From: a virus
Lineage: Duplodnaviria > Caudoviricetes
Length of the DNA stretch: 24,208 nucleotides
IMG/VR virus record: IMGVR_UViG_3300038379_000958
Coordinates: 1 to 24,208 of that record
Direction: 5' to 3' (one strand)
Part shown: positions 8,474 through 15,574 of the stretch, piece by piece
How the letters are laid out: the number at the start of each line of letters is the position of its first letter
Numbering within the stretch: position 1 is the stretch's first letter
The notes under the pieces: model-generated
The model's input: only the letters and a program-made list of their open reading frames with translations
Told to the model about the DNA's origin: nothing
Databases searched by the model: none
Translations under genes and position numbers: made by a program

Positions 8474-9107
8474 AAATGAATACGTATTGAAACAACCCGT
8501 TCGCGCGGCGTTTTTGAACGTTGTCACGCCCACGGCACCGAAGCTTGAGGGGGGAAGAACGGGCCAGGCCACGTACAATGGAACGTTTCTGTTTGAACCC
8601 GACAGCGACGATCTCAAGAACCTGAAAGCGACCTTGGCGGCGGTTGCGCGCGCCAAGTGGCCGGATAAACCCCTACCGGAAATCCATTTTCCGCTCGTGT
8701 CGGGAGAAAAGAAGGCGGCGGATGCCATTGAGAGGGGCCGGGATGGGACGATGTATTTGGGTTCCGTCGTTCTCAACGCAAAAACCGGGATCAACATTCC
8801 CCCGCATCTTTTCGTCTTGTCCGGAAACAAGGTTTTGGAACTGCGGCGGGACAGTCCGGAGTTTGCGGAACACAAGGAAAAATTTTACCATGGCTGTTAC
8901 GTCCTGCTGCGGCTCGCCTTGGTACCATATCAAAGCAGCGGGTCCAAATATTCACACGGCATAACCGCGTACATCAAACAGGTGCTTTGGGTCAAGGATG
9001 GACCGCGCGTGGGCCGCGTTGCGGACCCGGTGGAAGTCTTCCGGGACTACATCGGCAAGCTGACGCCGGATTTTGATCCAATTGCGGCTGGTGAAATCCC
9101 GCTTTAG
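8460..9107 (+). CDS. Single-stranded DNA-binding protein (DUF2815 / T7 gp2.5-like)
   Basis: Located between the DUF2800-like nuclease and PolA; FYHGCY, GITAYIKQV..VKDG.R motifs and acidic/hydrophobic tail (DFDPIAAGEIPL). Confidence 0.75.
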   Translation: MNTPENEYVLKQPVRAAFLNVVTPTAPKLEGGRTGQATYNGTFLFEPDSDDLKNLKATLAAVARAKWPDKPLPEIHFPLVSGEKKAADAIERGRDGTMYLGSVVLNAKTGINIPPHLFVLSGNKVLELRRDSPEFAEHKEKFYHGCYVLLRLALVPYQSSGSKYSHGITAYIKQVLWVKDGPRVGRVADPVEVFRDYIGKLTPDFDPIAAGEIPL

Positions 9108-9109
9108 GC

Positions 9110-11089
9110 ATGGCAACGTCTGTCTTGATCGATTTCGAGACGGCCAGCCGGTGTGATTTGAAAAAGTGTGGCGCGTATGTCTATGCGCGCCACCCCTCAA
9201 CCGAAATATTGTGCGTCGGCTACTCGATTGACGGGGGTCCTCCCGAGGTTCTCACGGCGGGAGACTTGGCTTTTCATGCTACGCTTCTGTTCGCTCTCGC
9301 AAAGGACGAAGCGGTGAATTTCGTTTGCCACAATGCGATGTTCGAGCGCAACATCTGGCAGGCGATCATGGTTGAGCGCTTTGGCTGGCCGGAAATCCCC
9401 ATACGCCGCTGGCACGACACCATGGCCGTTTCCCTCATGAAGGGGCTGTCCGGCAAGCTTGATGTACTGGCCCACATGTTGAGCCTGCAAACGAAAAAGG
9501 ACCTGGAAGGTTCGAGGCTCACCGTCAGTCTGTCCAGGCCGAACAAGAAAACGGGAACATACGACCGTTCGCCGGAAACGCTGGCCCGTGTCGGTGCGTA
9601 TTGCAAGACGGACGTGGGCGTCGAAATTGACATATTAAAGCGCGTAGGAGATTTTCAGAGCGGCGAACGCGAGGTTTGGGAACTGGACCAGCGCATCAAT
9701 GATCGCGGCATAGCAATAGATGCCGATTACGTTCGGGCCGGTATCGACATTTGCAACCGTGTCATTCCGGAAATTTCTGCAAAATTCGAGGCGCTTGTCG
9801 GATGCCGCCCGACGCAACGAGACAAGTTCCTGGCATGGATGCGTGGCCAGGGTTGCGAAATTGCGGACCTCAGGAAGGAAACCGTGGCCACGCTGCTTGG
9901 CGAAGCCGAAGACGATTTCGAGTTGTCGGAGCCGGACTGCGACACGGGCGATATTTCCAAACTTCCCGAGCCGTGCAAGAAAGCTTTGGAGCTGCGCGCA
10001 CAAATCAACCATGCCAGCATCAAGAAGCTGCATTCCATGCTGGCGGTTCGGGGCAGCGACGGACGTGCACGCGGATTGTTGCAGTACCATGGCGCTGGTC
10101 CGGGGAGATGGGCCGGGCGGCTTTTACAGCCGCAGAATTTTCCGCGCGGAACCGGAGAATTCGGGGTGGACGAGGTTGTTTCCGCCATCATGTCGAAAGA
10201 CCCGGAGTACATACGCGCCACGGTTGGCGACCCTATATCAACCGTGTCGAACGGTCTTCGCCATGCCTTGATCGCCAAGCCCGGCACCCGGTTTCTGATG
10301 GGCGACTATACGCAAGTTGAAGCGCGCTTGGTGCTGGCACTCGCTGGCGCGAAGCGGGGGTTGGACGCTTTCATCCGGGGGAACCCATACGTCGAGATGG
10401 CGGAGCGGATTTTCCACAGGCCGATCAACAAGAAGGAGAACCTTCACGAGTACACCATCGGCAAGAACACGATTCTCGGCGCCGGGTTCGGCATGGGCGC
10501 GAAAACGTTTCACAAACGCTATTGCACGAACGAAGACATTGCGTTCGCCGAGTCCGCCATAGATGCGTATCGCAAGGATTTCGCGCCGGAAGTGCCAAAA
10601 CTTTGGCGGGGCCTGGAAAAGGCGGCCATCACTGCCGTGTGGGAAAAGCGGCCGTGCGAGGCTTACGGGGTTGAGTACCGGCTCGAAGGAGAATGGCTGA
10701 CGGCGCGTCTCCCGTCCGGACGGAAGCTTTGGTACTTTGCTCCGAAGCCATGTCGGCGGGCGGTACCGTGGGACAAGAACGACCTTCGGCCCGCGTGGAC
10801 TTCGCTCGCGTACCGGGCCGGACAACTTGTAAACCGCGACATGTACGGCGGTTTGCTGACGGAAAACGTCATCCAGGCGCTGGCCCGCGACCTGCTCGTA
10901 TACGCAATGTTCCGGTGCGAAGCGGCCGGGCTGCCAATCGTGTTAACCGTGCACGACGAAATAGTGCTTGAGACCGACCGCGATTCTGTGGTACTTGAAA
11001 ACATAATGCTTGAGCGGTCCCGGTGGGCCGAAGACATGGGAATGCCCGTCGGTGTAGAAATATCGGAAGGGGAAAGGTACAAGAAATGA
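9110..11089 (+). CDS. Phage family A DNA polymerase with 3'-5' exonuclease
   Basis: ExoI DFET, ExoII HNAMFE, ExoIII YCKTD; GRWAG..LQPQNFPR; motif A DYTQVEAR; motif B K-x3-L-G-x2-FG; ENVIQALARD; motif C VHDE. Confidence 0.96.
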   Translation: MATSVLIDFETASRCDLKKCGAYVYARHPSTEILCVGYSIDGGPPEVLTAGDLAFHATLLFALAKDEAVNFVCHNAMFERNIWQAIMVERFGWPEIPIRRWHDTMAVSLMKGLSGKLDVLAHMLSLQTKKDLEGSRLTVSLSRPNKKTGTYDRSPETLARVGAYCKTDVGVEIDILKRVGDFQSGEREVWELDQRINDRGIAIDADYVRAGIDICNRVIPEISAKFEALVGCRPTQRDKFLAWMRGQGCEIADLRKETVATLLGEAEDDFELSEPDCDTGDISKLPEPCKKALELRAQINHASIKKLHSMLAVRGSDGRARGLLQYHGAGPGRWAGRLLQPQNFPRGTGEFGVDEVVSAIMSKDPEYIRATVGDPISTVSNGLRHALIAKPGTRFLMGDYTQVEARLVLALAGAKRGLDAFIRGNPYVEMAERIFHRPINKKENLHEYTIGKNTILGAGFGMGAKTFHKRYCTNEDIAFAESAIDAYRKDFAPEVPKLWRGLEKAAITAVWEKRPCEAYGVEYRLEGEWLTARLPSGRKLWYFAPKPCRRAVPWDKNDLRPAWTSLAYRAGQLVNRDMYGGLLTENVIQALARDLLVYAMFRCEAAGLPIVLTVHDEIVLETDRDSVVLENIMLERSRWAEDMGMPVGVEISEGERYKK

Positions 11090-11412
11090 ACAGCCGTGCC
11101 AAGGGAAAAAGGGGAGAATTGGAACTTGTTGAATTCCTTCGCGGCCATGGCATCGAGGCCCGTCGCGGTCAGCAATATAGCGGCGGCGTCGATAGCCCCG
11201 ATGTCGTGGTCCCGTCTCTTGCCGATTTCCATTTCGAGTGCAAACGGGTGGAGGCGGGAAACCCATACGCGTGGCTTGCGCAAGCCACCAGGGACGCGAA
11301 AGGAAAAATCCCGATTGTTGCCCACAAGAGAAACCACGAAGACTGGATCGCGGTTCTGTCGCTCGGCGATTTTCTGCGCCTTGTCGGGAATGCAACGCAT
11401 GTCAAAGCGTAA
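11086..11412 (+). CDS. Holliday junction resolvase (Hjc-like PD-(D/E)xK)
   Basis: MNSRAKGKRGELE, PDVV, FECK; ATGA-coupled to the polymerase. Confidence 0.85.
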   Translation: MNSRAKGKRGELELVEFLRGHGIEARRGQQYSGGVDSPDVVVPSLADFHFECKRVEAGNPYAWLAQATRDAKGKIPIVAHKRNHEDWIAVLSLGDFLRLVGNATHVKA

Positions 11413-11593
11413 GCAGACCGATTGGCTTATCGAGCGCAATGCCAATGTGCTCCTTCAAAAGATCGCCAAGTATTGGAGGCGGCGCAACAAGGAAGTGGCT
11501 CTGAGGCTTGTGAGAATCGGCAAAAACGATCCACCGATATATTCGATCCGCTCGGACATGAAGAACGGTAAACCGCAAAGAGACCTGCAATGA
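11399..11593 (+). CDS. Small basic hypothetical protein
   Basis: 64 aa (KYW...IRSDMKNGKP). Overlaps the resolvase end and is ATGA-coupled to the next gene; alternative start 11390. Confidence 0.65.
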   Translation: MSKRKQTDWLIERNANVLLQKIAKYWRRRNKEVALRLVRIGKNDPPIYSIRSDMKNGKPQRDLQ

Positions 11594-12822
11594 AAAGATT
11601 GACAGAAGAAAAACTACGGGAAGTTCTTCGCGTTGTGGCGGAAGAAGGCAGCTGCGCCAAAGCCGGTAACGTGCTTGGCGCCACCAGAAACACGGTGGAG
11701 CATTGGGTGCGGCTGGCCAAGGAGCGCCAGGTGTTTTTGACGCCCAAGCGAGACCCGCTCGAAAGCGCGCTCATTGAAATTCGCAAGTTGAAGCAGGAAT
11801 TGAATTTGTTGCACCGGCACAATGAAAATGCCGAAGCCGTGCGCAAGGAAATCTATGGCCTTTCCAATGAGCCCGTCAACCCGCCGAAATGGGTTATCGA
11901 TGCAAACAGGGTTGGCCGTAAGGCACGCGCCGGGATTCCGTTCTGCCATTGGTCCGACTGGCACTACGGCGAGAACGTCTCGATTTCCGGGACGGCGTAT
12001 GCCAACGAATTCAATCGCGACATTGCCGGGAAGCGTGTGCATTCGCTTGTCGAAAACTCGATACGCCTGGCCAAGGGTTTTGCGTTTCAGGGCAATACCT
12101 CCGCGCCGTCCGGTATCGTGATAGCCCTTAACGGCGATCTTATCTCCGGCGACATTCACGAGGAGCTTCGCGAAACGAACGAAGCCCCGCCGTTCGTATG
12201 CGTCAATGAGGTGCTCGGACTTCTCATCTGGGCAATCGACACCATGGCCGAAAATTTCGGGCGTGTGTTCGTTCCGTGCACGGTCGGAAACCATGGCCGG
12301 ACCACGCACAAGCCCCGAGCAAAAAACCGGGTGTTCTTGTCGTATGAGTGGAACCTTTATATGATGCTACAGCGGCATTACGCGGGAAACCCGAAAGTCG
12401 TTGTCACCGTTTCGGACCATACGGATATCCTGTACAAGGTGGCGGGTCACCGCATCCTCCAGACGCACGGAGACGCGCTCGGCGTCAAGGGCGGGGACGG
12501 CATAATCGGGGCGCTTGGCCCAATCGCTCGTGGCGCCATCAAGTTGCGCAACAGCGAATTCAAGCTCGGCCGCGATTTCGATTACCTTATCATGGGCCAT
12601 TGGCACCAGGATTTATGGATCGGCCGCACCATCGTTAACGGCGCGCTCAAGGGATACGACGAATACGCCCGTTTGGTTCTCCGGGCCGAACCATCGAGAC
12701 CTTCACAACAGCTATGGTTCATGCATCCGGAGCATGGAATGACGGCAAGAATGCCGGTGTTCGTTGACTCTACCGAAGTTAATGTAGATAAATCCGTGAT
12801 ATGGGCGGAGGTTGGAACATGA
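11590..12822 (+). CDS. Calcineurin-like metallophosphoesterase with N-terminal HTH and coiled coil
   Basis: SDWHYGE, NGDLISG, GNHGR, THGD, GHWH; N-terminal GSCAKAGNVLGATRNTVEHWV helix-turn-helix pattern. Confidence 0.85.
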   Translation: MKRLTEEKLREVLRVVAEEGSCAKAGNVLGATRNTVEHWVRLAKERQVFLTPKRDPLESALIEIRKLKQELNLLHRHNENAEAVRKEIYGLSNEPVNPPKWVIDANRVGRKARAGIPFCHWSDWHYGENVSISGTAYANEFNRDIAGKRVHSLVENSIRLAKGFAFQGNTSAPSGIVIALNGDLISGDIHEELRETNEAPPFVCVNEVLGLLIWAIDTMAENFGRVFVPCTVGNHGRTTHKPRAKNRVFLSYEWNLYMMLQRHYAGNPKVVVTVSDHTDILYKVAGHRILQTHGDALGVKGGDGIIGALGPIARGAIKLRNSEFKLGRDFDYLIMGHWHQDLWIGRTIVNGALKGYDEYARLVLRAEPSRPSQQLWFMHPEHGMTARMPVFVDSTEVNVDKSVIWAEVGT

Positions 12823-13148
12823 AAAGCTACGCCGGCAACAAGGACCATGAAAACAAGGTTCCGATTATGCAAGGTGTCATGTGCTATTTCCCGAAAGCGC
12901 TGACGGCCGTGGCTCGGGTGTCGCAATTAGGGAGACAAAAATACGGATCGTGGGGAGGTTGGCGGTCGGTTACGGGCGCGGTGGAACATTACGGAGACGC
13001 CAAGTTCCGGCACGGGTTGGCCTGTTCCGCCAATCCCAGGGCGCTTGATGAAGAATCAAAATTGCTCCATGCCGCGCACGAAGCCTGGAATGCTCTTGCC
13101 AGACTGGAACTTATACTGATGGAGGAAGAAAATGACCCGCCCCGATGA
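12819..13148 (+). CDS. DUF5664-like dATP/dGTP diphosphohydrolase
   Basis: VARVSQLGRQKY..W, YGDAKFRH, DEESKLLHAAHEAWNAL match the family pattern (GA.KY...NW; D.ESGL.HLAHA.WN). Confidence 0.8.
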   Translation: MKSYAGNKDHENKVPIMQGVMCYFPKALTAVARVSQLGRQKYGSWGGWRSVTGAVEHYGDAKFRHGLACSANPRALDEESKLLHAAHEAWNALARLELILMEEENDPPR

Positions 13149-13809
13149 TTACACGATTTTCGGCGTGAAATTCAGCGTTGCCTTTATTGGATTGGTGCTT
13201 TTTTTGTGCGTTGTCGCCAGCAGCGTTGGGCCTTACCAGATGGATTTCACGAAACATTCGGGCTTGAATGTTTCTCTCTTTCGAAACGGCCGCATGTTCT
13301 GTTCTGGCGTCATCGTTTCAGAAACCGAACGACTGGTCGCCACGGCGGCGCACTGTGTGGAGGATAGCAACGGGCTTATGGTGGAGGATAATGCCGGCCA
13401 AAAGCGCGCGGCGATTGTCGCGGCAACCGATCCAAAACACGATGCCGCCATCATACAAGTTCCGAACGCGGAATTTTTCCACCAGGCGACGATCAGGGAT
13501 AAACCCTTGACAACCGGGGAGCGTGTCTTCTCGATGACAAACGCGCTTGGTCACCCTGACATTCTAGGCCAGTTCATCGTTGCGAACCCTAAAGTACCTA
13601 TACAATTTGACACGTTTCGCGTTGATGCGGTCGTATTATCCGGCGCCGGAACGTGTCAAGGTTCTTCTGGCGGCCCGATATTCGATACCAACGGCAAACT
13701 TGTTGGCATCACCTTTGGGGGGCCCATGGCGCCATGCTCGCCGCTGATGGTTGTAATGCCAATCAAGTGGCACAAACATCTGCTTTCCGAAATTTCCTTG
13801 GAACAATAG
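13132..13809 (+). CDS. Trypsin-like (S1) serine protease with N-terminal hydrophobic anchor or signal
   Basis: CSGVIV..TAAHC (His), HDAAII (Asp), GSSGGP (Ser); hydrophobic stretch FSVAFIGLVLFLCVVA. Confidence 0.88.
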   Translation: MTRPDDYTIFGVKFSVAFIGLVLFLCVVASSVGPYQMDFTKHSGLNVSLFRNGRMFCSGVIVSETERLVATAAHCVEDSNGLMVEDNAGQKRAAIVAATDPKHDAAIIQVPNAEFFHQATIRDKPLTTGERVFSMTNALGHPDILGQFIVANPKVPIQFDTFRVDAVVLSGAGTCQGSSGGPIFDTNGKLVGITFGGPMAPCSPLMVVMPIKWHKHLLSEISLEQ

Positions 13810-13821
13810 CCCCAAATGAGA

Positions 13822-13908
13822 TGGGGCCAGCACTACAGTCGGCTGGCCCCACTGCCCGGTGTGGACATGGACACCGGGCATTGTCCGGCCCGCAGGGAGC
13901 GAACCGGA
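13822..13908 (-). terminator. Three tandem 10-bp GC-rich hairpins at the convergence of the two arms (terminator or structured 3' UTR)
   Basis: Stems 13822-13831/13842-13851 and 13853-13862/13871-13880 are perfect. Stem 13884-13893/13899-13908 is fully paired only on the minus strand (two G-U pairs). No long U tract. Confidence 0.6.
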
Positions 13909-13920
13909 CCGGACAGGAAA

Positions 13921-14679
13921 TTATTTGGGACCGAAATTGGCCTTGTAGCTTGCCGCCTTTTCCAGGACCTTGTCAGCGAGCTTATCCTTGTCTACCTGAC
14001 CGCCCTTGTGCGCAGCCGACCAAATGGACCCGGCTGCGGCCATGATGGCGCCAGCAACCTGCTCCCAGGAACTGCCGTCAATCCAACCGTTGGCCATGAT
14101 CCATCCCCCGGCGAGGGTGAGCAAATGCCGAAGCTGGCCGGAGAGGATGGGCCAAATCATGGGGCCAAGAAGCGAAAACAGAATGCTGCTCATTGAGGTG
14201 GTTCTTTCCTTTGGTGTTTCGGTTTCCGAAGATTCCGAGGTTGACTTAAAAAGCGCGGCTTCCGAGAGTCGGCGGTTGACAAGACCGGGGAGCGTTCTCC
14301 CATTAGCTTTCACCCAAAGAGTAAAGGCTGACGCTGCCCCTGTCAAGTCCCCGGCGTTGAACTTGCGCCGCACCGACGACCGCTCAAACGCACCAAGACC
14401 GATGTTGTAGGCCAGCGACACCATGGCCGCCCTCTGATTTGGCGTCGGCGTACGGCTCAGGTACTTGTCCACGCCGTTCGCGAACTTTTCAACGTCGGAT
14501 GCGAGGATTTTCTCCGCGTTCTCCCGCGTGATCAGCATGCCCGGATGAACCTCGGGTTCTCCCGCCGCCGTCGTATGGCCGTAACCTATGGTAAGTACTC
14601 CCGCAGGGCACCGGTATGCCTCTGCACGAAAACCTTCGTAACGCTTTATGAGGTTTAGCCCAGCCCTGTTTATTTCCAT
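13921..14679 (-). CDS. GH24 endolysin fused in frame to a C-terminal holin-like membrane domain
   Basis: Catalytic E-x8-C-x5-T (EGFRAEAYRCPAGVLT), IGYGHT, SLAYNIG, GLVNRR..E..LF. Then an S/T/E linker and hydrophobic segments (LRHLLTLAGGWIMANGWIDG; VAGAIMAAAGSIWS). Confidence 0.88.
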   Translation of the reverse strand: MEINRAGLNLIKRYEGFRAEAYRCPAGVLTIGYGHTTAAGEPEVHPGMLITRENAEKILASDVEKFANGVDKYLSRTPTPNQRAAMVSLAYNIGLGAFERSSVRRKFNAGDLTGAASAFTLWVKANGRTLPGLVNRRLSEAALFKSTSESSETETPKERTTSMSSILFSLLGPMIWPILSGQLRHLLTLAGGWIMANGWIDGSSWEQVAGAIMAAAGSIWSAAHKGGQVDKDKLADKVLEKAASYKANFGPK

Positions 14680-14846
14680 TTTCTTTTCAGCCTTTCCTTT
14701 ATGCAAACCGCTGTCTTACTCTCCCAAATCTGCACGAAATACCACAAGGCCGCCAGGCCTGCGGCCAACAGCGGCAGGTATTGCAACCATGCGCCGACAA
14801 CCAGGAGCAGCGCGGTAACGTCAAAAGTGTGGTGCGGCTTTGTCAT
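14670..14846 (-). CDS. Putative holin, 58 aa (not in the ORF track)
   Basis: Hand translation: MTKPHHTFDVTALLLVVGAWLQYLPLLAAGLAALWYFVQIWESKTAVCIKERLKRKWK. Hydrophobic core, basic C-tail, overlaps the endolysin start. Confidence 0.78.
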   Translation of the reverse strand: MTKPHHTFDVTALLLVVGAWLQYLPLLAAGLAALWYFVQIWESKTAVCIKERLKRKWK

Positions 14847-14852
14847 TTTCGC

Positions 14853-14882
14853 AGCCTAGCAGGGTAAACGACACGCAGTCAA
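14853..14882 (-). promoter_or_regulatory. Candidate lysis-cassette promoter giving a leaderless mRNA
   Basis: TTGACT-18 nt-TAGGCT with extended TG (TGcTAGGCT). The -10 ends 6 nt before the holin ATG, which has no Shine-Dalgarno. Confidence 0.6.
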
Positions 14883-14884
14883 TA

Positions 14885-15571
14885 TCAACTTACAAAGAAC
14901 GTGACGGACAAATCCGCCGCGCCGTTCAACGAGCCGATTGTGAACAACGACAACCGGTCTCCAACCGCAAAACTTTCCGAACCCCCTGTCGTGGCGAAAA
15001 CGCCATCCACGGAACCGGCCGCGAACGTTATGGTTCCGAAGATGCTTGCGTCGTGAACCACGTGGTAGGTGGCGCCACCTGGTCCGGGCGCCGTGACCAG
15101 CCTGCATTGCGATCCGGCAAAGTCATCGGCCAGGGTGAAAGCGCGTGCGGTCCGGTACTGCCATATGGTCACCAGGAGTGCCGGGGTCCCCGGAACGAAC
15201 GCCACGATCTCGAAAGTGGAACTGGCGCTGACCGACGCCCATTCGGGGTTCGCGCCAGCCCCATTGGTCTTCAGGAACTGGCCCGACGTACCGGGCGGAA
15301 GACCAACCCAATTCGTCGCGTTCCGGTACAAAATCGAGCCCTGCGCCGAGGTTACGGCGTCGAGTGCGGCTTGCAAGGAGACGGACACCGGGGTTTGGCC
15401 CCCTGTCGGACTGGAATTGGGGTTTCCGGGGTTCACCCGGATGCCACTGTCCGGCGATATTGGGATAAGCTGGGGCTTGCCACGGCCCTTCCCAAGGCGC
15501 CCCAGAACGAAACCGCCCGGTATGTTCTGCCGCAGTCCTCGAATATTCCGTATCGGAGGAGGGACCGCCAT
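14885..15571 (-). CDS. Virion appendage / fibre-like protein
   Basis: QGSILYRNATNWVGLPPGTSGQFLKTNGAGANPEW is a typical phage fibre segment; beta-rich C-terminal domain. Confidence 0.65.
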   Translation of the reverse strand: MAVPPPIRNIRGLRQNIPGGFVLGRLGKGRGKPQLIPISPDSGIRVNPGNPNSSPTGGQTPVSVSLQAALDAVTSAQGSILYRNATNWVGLPPGTSGQFLKTNGAGANPEWASVSASSTFEIVAFVPGTPALLVTIWQYRTARAFTLADDFAGSQCRLVTAPGPGGATYHVVHDASIFGTITFAAGSVDGVFATTGGSESFAVGDRLSLFTIGSLNGAADLSVTFFVS

Positions 15572-15574
15572 GCC

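Noticed and set aside
9110-13148. Calling this a confirmed Z-genome phage or a temperate phage
   Set aside because: No PurZ, integrase or repressor is visible in the window; the hydrolases and Leu762 are only suggestive.
13809-13920. Triple hairpin as a tRNA or mini-CRISPR
   Set aside because: No acceptor stem closing the three arms, stems too long for tRNA arms, and the hairpins are not sequence repeats.
13816-14196. 126-aa plus-strand ORF after the protease
   Set aside because: It runs through the hairpin element and antisense to the endolysin fusion, with no motif support.
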